Made by a program: the position numbers and the translations under genes. A DNA stretch of 64,000 nt from Lama glama (Eukaryota). The stretch lies in NCBI GenBank assembly GCA_028534125.1, contig CM052816.1, forward strand, positions 47,122,001 through 47,186,000, given 5' to 3'. The notes below the pieces were generated by a model that saw only the letters and a list, made by a program, of their open reading frames with translations, did no database searches and had not been told where the DNA came from. Shown one piece after another: positions 52,389-64,000 of this stretch. Each line of letters opens with the position of its first letter. Position 1 is the stretch's first letter.

Positions 52389-53168
52389 TTCATTCAATTA
52401 ATTAGTTATTCAGTCTTTAATCAAACATTTATCAAATATGCACTATGTTCTTGGGCTTCAGGGTATATATAAATGAGTTAAACTAGACATAGTACCTTCT
52501 CTTACAAAATGTAAGGTCTAGCAGTAAACACAAACATTAATAAAATAATTAAACAAATGTAGAATTGCAATATGACAGGCAAACAAAGGAGGGGTGTATG
52601 ATGTTATGAGAGTCAGGGAGACTGGGGGAAGTTTTGCTGAAGAACTGAGATATACACTAGATATGAAGGATAGGCAGACTTGAACTAGACAGAGGAAAGG
52701 AAGAGATTTCAAGGCAAAGGAAACACCACATACAAATTCTCTGTTGTGACTGGGAACAGGAACAGTACTAGTAGTTGAGGGAAGGCCAGTGAGGGGCAAT
52801 CAAAGAGAGTAAGAGGGAGAAGAGTTCAAGACAACACTCAAAAAATTGGTAGACCCAGATCAGACAGGAGTTTGGTAGGCCATGTAGGGCTATCTTTGCC
52901 TTATGATCTTTTCTGAGTACTAAAGGATTTTAAATGGGGGCAGGGGTGGTGGTGGAATTACTTGAATAGATATGTGCTCTAAAAGGATCACTCTAACTAT
53001 AACAATGACAATGGGATGGAAGAGGACCAACGGGTATGACTAAATGAGGAAGAAGGTTGTTGTAGTGGTCCAGGGTGAGAGATGAAGGTAGTCTGGACTG
53101 GATTGATGGTGGTGATAAAGAGAAATGGATAGAGTCAAGCTATCATAGGCAGAAAAATCAATAGGACT
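52389..53168 (-). mobile_element. L2 3' region
   Basis: Antisense L2 tail (ttcattca...aaacatttat) and 'aaaaggatcactctaact...gtagtggtccagggtgagagatga'. Confidence 0.85.
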
Positions 53169-53449
53169 CTCTTGTAAAACTATCTAAGTCAACCTGGTCA
53201 CGCACAACTATTCTGTTCTTTTTGACAGATAAAAGTAGCCACCAATTTTTGAGATAAATGAAGGTGGTAGTTACTCTGACATAGCTTTGTTGCTAGGTTA
53301 TAATGCAAGCAAGTCTTAGACCAAATTCTGCCATACAGACATTTAAAAAAAAATAGCTATTAGCAAGGAGGCTTAATATACAACTGTTCATACAACCTCT
53401 TCTACAAGTTCAGCTAAGTTCCAGCTGTCTATGCTTTTATGTACTATGA

Positions 53450-53983
53450 TGTATTAGTTATCCATGACTGCATAAGAAGTTACCCCAAAATTTAGTGACT
53501 TAAAATAACAATAAATATTTATTATCTCATAGTTTCTGTAGATCAGGGATAAATCAAGTTGGCTAGGGAGATTTGGTTCAGAATCTCTCATGAGTCAAGA
53601 CGTTGGCTGAGGCTGTTGTTACCTGAAGGTTTGACTATGCCTAGAAGATCTGCTTCCAAGATGGCTCGTCCACAGAGCAGGCAAGTTAGTGTTGACTACT
53701 GGCAGGAGACCTGAGTTCCTGCCCATCAGGACCTCTCCATAACAGCTTCACAACAGGGTGGCTGTCTTCCTCCAGAATAGATAATCCAAGAGAGAAAAAG
53801 GCAGAGTCTGCAACAGCCTTTAAGACTTAGCCTTGGAAGGCATTATCCTCATTGCTAGAATAGCTTATTTACACAGGTCATCTCTATACAGTGTAGGGGG
53901 GAGAAGAACTACACAAAGGGATGAATACTAAGAATCGCTGGTATTAAGGGCATTAAGGATCAATTTGGAGACTGGCTACCACA
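53450..53983 (-). mobile_element. MaLR solo LTR (MLT1F/G-like), complete
   Basis: tgtattagttatc...ggagactggctaccaca termini; perfect TSD TATGA at 53445-53449 and 53984-53988. Confidence 0.93.
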
Positions 53984-54844
53984 TATGACTACAAGATGGG
54001 TAGATGCAGTAATATTTAGAGGCAGGGTTCAGGAAACCAGAAACTACTGGATATTCTACTGGATACAGGACATTTTAGGGATCAAATCTTGGTCCCTTTC
54101 CTTAGGATACAGATTGTGGTGCTTGCTAGATTTTTATACCCTCTTCAGCAAAAGTGGAATGTCTAAAATATATTAACCGATCCACATACCTTGAACAAAA
54201 CTAATTTCACCGAGAACTGATTGCTAACATTCATTATGCTAATTAGCAAAATTCTGGTGTTGGTTGGTCCAAGATAACGATGACTAAAGCACTAGCCACA
54301 GCTTCCTCTGGAGTGTGGTCTTTTGGCTAACTGCCAGCTGATCATACTTGGGAGTGTTAGTTCCTCATTATGGCAAACAACAGCACTTATGATGTAGCCT
54401 GAATTAACACACATATATATACACACACATGATATTATATTATCTGTGCTCATTTAATGTAAATGACAGACATCATAATACCATCCATGATTTAGATGGT
54501 GCAGCCCATGAAAAAAGGAACTAAAGTGGCCAGTGACAATCATTGAATGGGGCTGATCATACTCGATAGAGTAACTTCCAGTGGAAATTGTTGAATGGTC
54601 ATTAGCAAAACATTTCTGGGATTGAGGTATGTTGCAGAAAGCACCTATATTGATTTTTATTTTTGAAGACAAAGTATTTAAGATTATATTATTGGCTTAT
54701 TTTGATAATTACACGTGTTAATAATTTCAAAGCACCGGGGAAGTGTGCCTGGCACATAATAAAGCTGTCAGTAAATGTGATGATGATGATGGTGGTGGTG
54801 ATCATCTCACTGTGTCAGATAAATGCCTCTTCATGATTATCAGG

Positions 54845-55255
54845 TGTACTGGACACTGAGGTAGATCCCACTGACACCAGATTCTGCTTCAGGACTGAAG
54901 GACTTCTTGTCCAGCTGCTGGGAATGCTGTGGCTCACAGCTCTCAAGATGTCAGCTCCATCCAGAATTGCCTTATCCAAGGTCACACCCACTTCTTACGG
55001 GCAATTTTTATCCAATGACTGGTCTCTGATGGGTATACAGAGGCCCAGCACCCTTGCCTCAACCTGGAACACTTCTGAAAAGCTACCCTGGCTTCAGAGC
55101 CACCCACAGTATTGGTTTAGTGTCAGTTTCAGAAGAAGCCCAACTTCTCCGTCTACCCAATCCTGCATTTCACAAGTGTTAATTTCAAGAAAACCCCCTA
55201 ATAAATCTTCCTGTATGCAAATCTCTGTTTCAGGGTATGCTTCAGGCTAGAAACA
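54845..55255 (+). mobile_element. ERVL solo LTR (LTR16A-like)
   Basis: 'cttcaggactgaagg...cagctgctgggaatgctg...aaggtcacaccc...ccctaataaa...gcaaatctctgtttcag'. Confidence 0.85.
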
Positions 55256-55589
55256 TCAGTGGTTATTTAGTGAATTAAAAGACTGCATAAACAAATGTAT
55301 CCTTTTTTATTGGTTGGTACTGATTAGCACAGGGTGTTAAGTTTGAGATATAAGTATAGACAATTAAAAATATTATTCACTTAGATTAGAAATTTGAGAT
55401 CTTAAGTTGGTGGTAGACACTACTAGATTAAGTTATAGTTGAAGTGCTAATTGTGTTAAAATATTCTTATTGGAACAGCTGTGTATATATTCACACAGCT
55501 TTTATATACATGTAACTATCATCTGATATATGGAAAACACAAAAGGCCATGAAAACCTTAAACATAGGAAAAGGTAGCATATAGATTCT

Positions 55590-55989
55590 ATTTGTCAGGA
55601 TAGGCTAGGGGATGCTGTAGTAATGAACTATACTGAAATCTCAGAGACTTATCACATAAAAGTTTTTTACTCAGGACAATCTGCTAGGAGTCTAGTTTCT
55701 CCAGGGCAGCCCATCATGTAGTGGCTGAATGTTGAACCACTTCCTTCCTCTGGTATCTCCAACTGAATGATGCCTCAGGGTTCTCAGCACCAGCAAAGAC
55801 AGCATGGTGAATCATGCACTGACTCTGAAATGCTTTGGCCTGGAAGTGACGTCTCATCTCTGGTCACTGTTTATTGGTAGAACTAGTCACACAGCCCTGC
55901 CTAACTTGCAGAACTAAGAAATGTAACTTTTTACATATCCAGAAAAAAGAAGAGAATTGAAAATACTGAACATTGGTAATGTCAGTCAC
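55590..55989 (-). mobile_element. MaLR solo LTR (MLT1K-like)
   Basis: 'gtcaggataggctagg...cctggaagtgac...attggtagaactagtcacacagccctgcctaac'. Confidence 0.8.
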
Positions 55990-56599
55990 AAAAACAGACT
56001 TATACTGTCTGAGAGACACTACTACTTTGGTATTCATAAGGATCATCTTATTATAGAAATTTACTCTTAGGACAAACTCTCTGTATAGCCCTTATCCTAG
56101 GATAGAAATTAATTTTAAGCTTTTGTGTTTATTTTACAATTTGATTGGAAGTAAATTTAGTTAAGTATAAACAGAAGCAACAGCTAAAGTAGAATCTGGC
56201 AAGGTGCAGTCTCTTTACTCATAAGATAAATAGTGAAAAATGGATCACTGTTGAGTGAGCTATGAAAATTTATGTAAAAATCTTTTTCCAGAGGCTTCCT
56301 TGAAAATGTGATTGTAAAATTTAAAAACAAGAATAAAGTATAAATAAAAGTGAGATTTGCCTGAATTTACTTTCACATTTGACCACTTATTCCTTCAAAG
56401 AAAAAGAGTAAAATAACTGTCAAGTAAGTAAACCTCACACTCTTATTTCTATGGCACTCTTCAATAAAGTACTTTATATGAAAAACATTCCGTATTGATT
56501 ATAAGACAGTTCAAAGCTAAATGTAAAAAGTCAATGTAAATAAAAAGTGAATACTGATACAAATTTTCTTGCTTTCCAGAACCTTGAAGATAAACGTGA

Positions 56600-57326
56600 T
56601 TTTATTTTTTTTGGTGTATAGTTCTATAAAATTCTATCACCTGTCATAAATTAATACAGTGATCACTACAATTAGGATATGGAATTATTCTACCATCCCA
56701 AAGTAACTTTCTCATGCTGTACCCTTACAGTCACACCCTCCCCAACCCTAACCCCTGGCACCGCTTGTTTTCTATCACTATAATTTTGCCATTTTGATAA
56801 TGTTATATAAATGGAATCATACCATATATAAACATTTTGAGATTAGTTTTTCATTCAGCGCAATGGTCTCAAGATCCATGTAAATTGTTGCACGTATCAA
56901 GTTTGTTCTTTTTCATTGCTGAGTAGTATCCCATGATAATAAGGATGTCCCACGATTTATTCATTCACTCATTGGAGGGTATTGGGTTGTTTCCAGTTTT
57001 TGGCTATCACAAATAAAGCTGATTTGAATATTTGTGTGCAGATTTTTGTATGAATGTTAAATTTTCATTTCTGAAAATATCCAATAGTTGGATTACTGGG
57101 TTTTATGATAAGTATCTATTTAACTTTATTAAAAAACTATCAAACTATTTTCTAGACTGGCTATACCATATTTTACACTCCCCTCAGCAAAGTACAAGAC
57201 ATACAGTTGCTCCACATCCTGCCAGCAGTTGGTATCATCAGTACTTTTTATTTTAGCCATTCTAATATAGTGCTATCTCATTGTGGTGTTAATTTGTATT
57301 TTCCTAAGGGCCAATGATATTGAACT
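56600..57326 (-). mobile_element. Old L1 (L1MC/MD-class) 3' fragment
   Basis: 'aatgttatataaatggaatcata...ttgggttgtttccagtttttggctat...cagttgctccacatcct...ttttagccattctaat'. Confidence 0.85.
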
Positions 57327-57629
57327 ATAAAGATGTCTTGCATAGAGTTTTGCATTTTTACAAATAGTTTTTCAAACATCTAAATTAATTCTATCAAGAA
57401 TAGTGTGATGTATTTCAAGTGATAAAAGACTGATATCAAATAAATCTGGAAAAGACAGCCAAATGTAATCACACCAATGCAGTATCAAAACAATTTACAA
57501 GTCAAAAGGAACCTGGAGTTAATGTAGTCAAGACTACTCCATTTTACAGAGAACTTCGTCCCAGAAAGCTGGAATCATACCAAAAACCACACTTCTGCTG
57601 CTTGAATCTCTTCTATAATGTCCGGTCAA

Positions 57630-58047
57630 GTAAGTGACAAATTTTGCTTGAATCCTTCAAGTGACTGGAAATTCACTCATTTTTTTTGCCCCATTCTGTT
57701 AGGAAGTGTTTCCTGATACTGGGCTGAAATGGCCAATAAACAAGTAAACAGTCTGTGTTTTGACGTTGACCTGAAATGGCTTGCTGTAGCTCCTGCCACT
57801 GGGTTGAGCTTCACCCTCTGAGACTTGCCTGAGGAATTATGGGCCCTTTTCCACATGACAGTACTTCAGACACTTGAAGACAGCCATCATCCTCTCACAT
57901 GTATACTTCAGGCTAAACATTCACATTTTCCTCCAATCATTCCTTAGATGAGCTTATTTACCATCCTTCTTGCATGTATGTAAACGGGTCCTAGATTTTT
58001 TACAGTGAAATACGCTGAACAAAATATTTCTAGTTATGTGGTCAGAC
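57630..58047 (-). mobile_element. CR1/L3 LINE 3' region
   Basis: 'tgcttgaatccttcaagtgactggaaattcact...gttaggaagtgtttcct...ttccacatgacagtacttcagacacttgaagacagccatcat...ttcaggctaaacat' are L3 hallmarks. Confidence 0.8.
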
Positions 58048-58189
58048 TATATACATTTTGCAATTATACATATTCACTGCAGGAAAATGAGATTTCCTTG
58101 CTTTTCACTTAGTGTATTTCCTTACATCATTAAAAAATTTTTCTAAGTGTATTTAAAAACTTATAGGCTGAAAACTTTTAAAATTGTGT

Positions 58190-59600
58190 TTCTTTTTTGG
58201 ATGTGTTACATGCATATGGCACAAAATTCAAAATGTCTAAGAAGGTTTACAATGAAACGTCATGATCCGTAGCCTTCCAGTTGAATATAATACAATGTAA
58301 TATAATATTGCAGACTCCCTCTTTTTTAAGATGCATAATTCTGATTATGATATTCAATAATATGGCTGTACATATCTTTTTTAAATTGAAGTATAGTTGA
58401 TTTACAATGTTGTGTTAGTCTCCGGTGTACAGCATGGTGATTCAGTTATACACACAAATACATACATATATATTCTTCTTCACATTGTTTTTTATTATAG
58501 GTTACTACAAGATACTGAATATAGTTCCCTGTGCTATACAGTATGAACTTGTTGTTTAACTATTATATATCTAGTAGTCAGTATCTGAAAATCCCAAACT
58601 CCCAATCTGCCCCTCCCTCCTCTTTCCTCCCTGGTAACCTTAAGTTTGTTTTCCATGTATATAAGTCTGTTTCTGTTTTGTTAATAGTTTGTTTGTGTCA
58701 TTGTTTCAGATTCTACATATGAGTGATATCATATGGTATTATTCTTTTTCTTTCTGGCTTACTTCACTTAGTATGATAATCTCTAGGTCCATCCATGTTG
58801 CTGCAAATGGCATTATTTCATTCTTTTTTATGGCTGAGTGGTATTCCATTGCATATAAACATACTACATTTTCCTTATTCATCCGTCGATGAACATTTAA
58901 GTTGCTTTCATGTCTTGGCTATTGAAAATAGTTCTGCTATGAACATTGGGGTGCATGTATCTTCTTGAATTAGTTTTCTCCAGATATATACCCAGGAGTG
59001 GGACTGCTGGATCACATGGTAACTTCATCTTTAGTTTTTAAAGGAATCTCCATACTGTTTTCCATAGTGGCTGCACCAAATTACATTCCAACCAACAGTG
59101 CAGGAGGGTTACCTTTTCTCCATACCCTCTCTAGTACGTATATATCTTTTTAATCATTCATCTTAATTTTTTATTACTATTACTAAAAATGCTGTTATGG
59201 ACTTCCTTATGTATACTTTACATATTTTAGATCATTTCTTAAAGTAGATGCCTAGAAGAAAATAGCTGCATTGCATAGTAAGACTTATCTGTAATAATTT
59301 TCCACATGGTTACCATTTCATAAATGAAGTATTTATAGATATACACAAGCAGTATATAAGTGTCCATCTCACCACACTTTTGCAACTGTGGAATACTATT
59401 ATATATTGATTTTTTTTTTCAAATTTGTTGTCTTGATTTGCTTACCATTGAGAATGAATTTTTTAATGTTTTTATATCTCTACTGGCTATTTGTGTTGCC
59501 TCCTTTGGACATTTAAGTCCTTGTTAATTTTTAAAAAATCAATTTTTATGAGTTAGAAAGAGTATCAGTCCACTGTCATATTCCTGGCAAACGTTATTCT
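58190..59600 (-). mobile_element. Degraded L1ME relic hosting a younger L1
   Basis: Antisense L1ME-like sequence on both sides of 58382-59137. Confidence 0.5.
58382..59137 (-). mobile_element. 5'-truncated cetartiodactyl-type L1 (3' UTR plus ORF2 end)
   Basis: 'aattgaagtatagttgatttacaatgttgtgttag...tagttccctgtgctatacagta'; TSD gtacatatcttttt (58368-58381) / gtatatatcttttt (59138-59151). Confidence 0.92.
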
Positions 59601-59929
59601 TTCTAGCTTTTAAACTCTTAAAGATGTTAAATGTATGCTAATGCCAGTCCATACCAAACAATTAAGTGTAGTTAATTGTTTTAAATTTTGCTAAATATAA
59701 GACCTTATATTTATATTGCAATATATTTTATCTTTCTACAAGTCCACTTCACTCACCAGATTTTAAACTCCTGCAGTCCAAGTACAATACCTTAATCATC
59801 TTTCTAAAACGTAACATAGACATTTACAGAGAATAGATAGTCCCTAAATTTGATATCTAAATGAGTGAATAAATTTAAAAATTCTATTTTGTTGGACCCT
59901 GCTTGCATGGTTACATATTCCCAAAATTT

Positions 59930-60465
59930 CTGAATTCTAATTATTATTACCTAGAATTTAGCCCAGAGTAAACATCAAACTGTTCTAAGGTTTGCAAAAC
60001 CTTCTACTGTTTCTAACTTTGAATTAGGTAAAAATTTGATAAATATGGGTTCCATATGTTTTCTCAAGTCAGTGAACTACAGTGTTGACCCACATAGGGA
60101 CTGTGGTTCTACACTGAAAACCTTCACAGAGGCTGACTGCCATCCAGGATCAGTACTCTTTGGGTATTAAGTCCCTCCCTGAAGGTACGATCATCTAGCC
60201 TTTTTCCTCCCAAACTTACTGGTTAAGTATATAATGAAAAATGTCAGTAATGTCTGTTGGGCACAGCTAAATATTGTCTACTTCATTTTATTGGTGCACT
60301 GGTCTAGTAATCCTGTCAGGAAGAAAATAAAATTAGGCAAATACATTCTGGTTGGTAAATCCATACTGTATTTGATTGATTACTGTTTTCTTTTAAAGAT
60401 GATCCCAGAGCATCCTTTTACTAGTTCCTTTTAGATTCTTGCTTAAGATTAAAGTAGTCCTGGTG
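59930..60465 (-). mobile_element. CR1/L3 reverse-transcriptase relic
   Basis: My minus-strand translation across frameshifts gives KRMLWDHL*KKTVINQIQYGFTNQN / LPNFIFF / DRITRPVHQ*NEVDNI, matching the CR1 RT pattern EHL...SQHGFT..SC.TNLI.FFD.VT..VD....VD.IY. Confidence 0.75.
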
Positions 60466-61082
60466 GGGGGTTAGAGGTGTTAGGGACTCTCAGTTGAATG
60501 AATAAAGTCCTAGTCAAGTAAAGAGTGAAAGGAGGGTTTCCAAATGATATGGATTTCCATTCTATATCACCAGAACCCCTTTAGTTGTCCATGATCTTTT
60601 CCGTATTACTGAGGGTTTGAGACTGCCAAGGAATATTGAAAAAATACGTTTTCCTATGAGTAGTTTGGATAGGACTGAGTAAAGTGAAGACAATCTTAAA
60701 AGCTAAGATGACACAGACAGCGGTTACTCCTGGTACAGATCAAGGGAGTGGGGAGTGGAAAGCATTTGTCAAACAGACGCTCTTTCTGATGACATGAAAT
60801 ACTCTTTGGGGGAACTCTGAGTATTAAATCGGCTACCACATGGCTTTCTGGTTCTGGCAATGCATGGTAACCCTGTTAGGTCTCTTTCGATCTCTTGACA
60901 ATCTCTGTCAAAGCCGAGACTAGGGGTCTGTAATTTGCTAACTCCACCCTGTTTCACATATTCCCTCCAAGGAGTCCCTCAGACCTTCTTCAACCACCAC
61001 CATCCATTTCATTATCCTCCAGTCCCTCCAACTCTGGGGAACCTCACCTACCAGAGATATTACTAGATTCTCTTTAACTCTG

Positions 61083-61502
61083 TGTATTCCCTTCATAGGG
61101 TTACAGTAACAAATTACCACAAATTGGTGGCTTAAAACTACAAAAATGTATTCTCTCATAATTCAGGAGTCTGAGGTCAGGGAGTTGGCAGGGCCGCACT
61201 TCTGGAAGACCTAGGGGAGGGTCTGAGTTTTGCCTCTTCCAGCTTCTGGTACCTGTGAGCATTCCTTCACTTGAGGCTGTGTTACTTCAACCTTAGCTTC
61301 ATTGCCTCCTCTTCTCTGTGTCTTCTTCTCTTCAGTTTGTCACATAAAGATTGTTGTCACTGGATTTACAGCAGGTGATCCAGAGTGACTGATCTCATCT
61401 CAAGATCCTTAATTATATCTGCAAAGACCCTTTTTCCAAATAAGGTTCCAGGGATTGGAACATGGACATATCTTTTTGGGTGCCACAATTCAAGCCACAA
61501 CA
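61083..61502 (-). mobile_element. MaLR solo LTR (MLT1C-like)
   Basis: 'gtaacaaattaccacaaattggtggcttaaaac...atctgcaaagaccctttttccaaataagg...cacaattcaagccacaaca'. Confidence 0.9.
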
Positions 61503-61734
61503 TCTTGCTTAAGGATACAATTTTTTTTCCTTCTTTCTTTTTTTTTTCAAGCTTTACCTCTTGAAGCTGTGAAGAAAACTGTTCTTTGTCACCTTAGCTT
61601 TTAAGATTGTATCTTCACTTTAAGCACTTCTTTGGAAAATTCAATCTGTTCCTTTGTTTCAGTTGCTTTCTTTTTGTTTTTGCAATTCCCCCTTCCCTGG
61701 GCAAGTGAATACTACATCAATGGGAGGGAACATC

Positions 61735-62020
61735 CCAAATAATTTCCCAGGTTTTAATTTCTGCTTTTCACCCTGAAGGCAGCCATTTGCCCACGTTTAG
61801 TGTTCTAGCACCTATTCTGGTTTCTGTAATTCCTCAAAGATGGGGACAGCTGTTCTCAGGTCTCATTTGCACCCTTCCTCTCTTTCCTCAAGAACCTGCA
61901 ATATAAGCCACTCATATCAGATGATACATTCTAAACTGGAACTGTTACCTAACTGTTACTTTCTTAGAGTTTCTTCTATTTGGAAAGAGTATTGTTTCCT
62001 GTCACTATTTATACTAGTCT
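61735..62020 (-). mobile_element. CR1/L3 ORF2 relic, upstream part
   Basis: Minus strand 'atctttgaggaattacagaaaccagaataggtgctagaacactaaacgtgggcaaatg' corresponds to the CR1 IFEESW.TGEVPEDWR.AN motif. Confidence 0.7.
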
Positions 62021-62025
62021 TTTGA

Positions 62026-62245
62026 GTAATATTATTATGTTGCTATTTATTGAGTCATTACTATGAGCCTGGTTCAGTCTCATTACTCAGAACAATCCTA
62101 TGAGAAAGATGCAGTTATCTCCATTTTACAGATGGGGAAAGAGAGACCCAGGGAAATGTAACTGAAAAGTGTAACTGAAAAGTGCTGAAACAGAGAATTA
62201 AACCCAAGCTTGCCTGATGCCACAGACATACATAGTTCTTCCTAC
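62026..62245 (-). mobile_element. MIR SINE
   Basis: 'ctcagaacaatcctatgaga...tatctccattttacagatggggaaagagagacccag'. Confidence 0.85.
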
Positions 62246-63092
62246 TATGTCAACCTGCTTCTCAAGTTTCCTTTGAAGAGAATGAAGCAAAATAATATGT
62301 AAGGAATCTGTTTTCTCTGTCAACTCTAACCTTACACCAGAAACTGTAAATGGGCTTTTCCCTTCCTTGATCATCTTCTGGCTCTGAACAGAATTTTTAA
62401 AAGCTCGTTCTTTGTCCTCTCTTAGCATTTTTTGCAAGTCACACCTCATTTGGGAGCTTCAGGTTTCTAGACACTATGCTTTAGGGCCCATGTTACCTTC
62501 TTATAATTATCCTTGGTATGTGGTTGTTTTCTCCCAAGGTTTCTGTCACTTCCAATTAGCCAAGCAATTCCTCCTTGTTGGTCAGAATTAGGTTCCCCAG
62601 TTGCTCTGCTGGGACATCAAATCATGAGAAAGGCAAATCAAAAACTTGTCAGATGTTTTGCTTTTAGCCCAATGAAACTTTTAAAAGGTATCCAGATATT
62701 TGAATTTTCTTTTTTGATTGTTGCATTGCTACAGGTATTGACCAATAGTATACTGCAGGGCACTGTGGTATCAATAATGAATTCTTTTACGAATAATTGC
62801 ATGTGACAGTACATGTTTGGAGCCAGTTTTAAACCTCTCAAATAAAACACTCTAAAGCAGTTCCAGGCTTCCCCTTGTCTATGTGTACACCTAGTCATTC
62901 TAAAACATCCTGTTTCTCATCTCCCCCTCAAGTTCATCACATAGAGAAATATTTTTTATCTCTAACAAACGAATTCACTTGTGTATCTCATTTTGAGTGT
63001 AACCTCACACCAGAAAGTGGGAGATAAGGTGTGGAGTATGACCTCCCTGAAGTAAAACATGTCAGGAAGTCTATGAAGTAAGGTCATAAAAC

Positions 63093-63535
63093 AGAGGGCT
63101 ATGAATTTTGATGAGAAAAAAAAAAACTGTACCTTAATTTTTGCTAACCTCTAAGTGAAATTTGGCATTTCTTTCAATTGTGAAAATAGGCAATAAACCA
63201 GTATTACTAGAAGTACCAGTGACTCTCACCAATAAAAATCAGGTATTTTCCCGTCAAATTACCATAGTTGTAGAAATCTCAAGAGACAGTTACTGTTCAC
63301 TATTTAAAAGTTATAGATATTATTAGGCCCTCTACTAGATTTTGGTTTTCAATGCATTCATAAAGAAGCACATGTAAAGCACACGTCTGTTGAATAGCCT
63401 GATTACTGTATTTTAGTATAGTTGGTTTCATTCATGTTCCTGTGCATATTTTATGCATTAAAAACATGATTCTAAAAAGGGTTTTATAGGCTTCACCAGA
63501 CTGCCAAAGGGATCCACAGCACACAAAAAAAGATT
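63093..63535. mobile_element. hAT-Charlie non-autonomous element (MER119/MER113-like)
   Basis: 'ttttatgcattaaaaacatgattct...ataggcttcaccagactgccaaagggatccacagcacacaaaaaaagatta'. Confidence 0.75.
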
Positions 63536-63552
63536 ATCTATTATGGATTCTG

Positions 63553-63772
63553 CATTGTGGTTAAGAGCATGTAGTCTTCTGTCACATTGCTTGGATTCAG
63601 ATTCTGCTCTGTCACGGTATGACTTTGGCTAAGATATACATATGTTTGTGCCTCAGATTCTTCATGTGTAAAACAGAGAGAATAATACCTACCTAAAAAT
63701 CTTGCTATTATGATGAAGTAATACCCATAAGGGCTTACCACAATGCCAGGCATGTATTGAGAGTAAATTATT
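63553..63772 (+). mobile_element. MIR SINE, near full length
   Basis: 'gtggttaagagcatg...gactttggc...tgtgcctcagattcttcatgtgtaaaa...ataatacctacct'. Confidence 0.85.
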
Positions 63773-64000
63773 TATCTCCACATCCATCCAGAAGATAAGG
63801 GTTTAATTCAAATCCTATTTACATTCTCTAAATACAAATTTTTATTTATTACCATGTTGTACTGGCTAAAATTAAAAATTATATTTAAAAATACTGGCTG
63901 GTTTCAAACGGGTATTTGTAAAATATATGTGTGATATAAGGGAAAATGATACAATAGAGATCCATATGCCCTCCATCCCGATTAAAGGAGAAAATGTTAC

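Noticed and set aside
310..63753. Short ORFs of 60-123 aa in the six-frame track as protein-coding genes
   Set aside because: Many start at TTG/GTG, lie in repeats or have low-complexity AT-biased composition. The only recognisable ones are frameshifted L1 ORF1/ORF2 remnants.
168..63772. Excess of minus-strand LTRs, L1s and SINEs as proof of a + strand host gene
   Set aside because: The bias is modest with several + strand exceptions and small counts, and no exons confirm a host gene.
1..64000. CRISPR array, operon or prokaryotic defence system
   Set aside because: There are no regularly spaced direct repeats and no long ORFs; the content is mammalian interspersed repeats.

Overview
AT-rich, CpG-depleted mammalian genomic DNA, most likely a camelid (alpaca/llama/camel). 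That inference rests on three tRNA-Ala-derived SINEs resembling the camelid Vic-1 family and on artiodactyl-type L1 3' ends; I saw no Alu, B1, Bov-tA or PRE-1 elements. Well over half of the window is interspersed repeat: L1 of several ages, HAL1, L2, CR1/L3, MIR, MaLR/ERVL/ERV1 solo LTRs, hAT and mariner elements. Many insertions have readable target-site duplications (TSDs). I find no credible protein-coding gene, RNA gene or CRISPR array; the only recognisable ORFs are broken L1 ORF1/ORF2 pieces. The window looks like a long intron or intergenic DNA, and I do not see a new biological system. The most interesting structures are four: a 1.5-kb TSD-flanked composite that looks like a retroposed transcript or orphan transduction (19555-21067); an ERVL LTR with an intact GC-box/RFX/CRE/TATA cluster (37579-37644); an unclassified element with a near-perfect inverted repeat inside a CR1 relic (60466-61734); and a multiply deleted ORF1-only L1 (29065-30966). 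Subfamily names come from recalled consensus sequences, not database searches. Boundaries are approximate unless a TSD is given.
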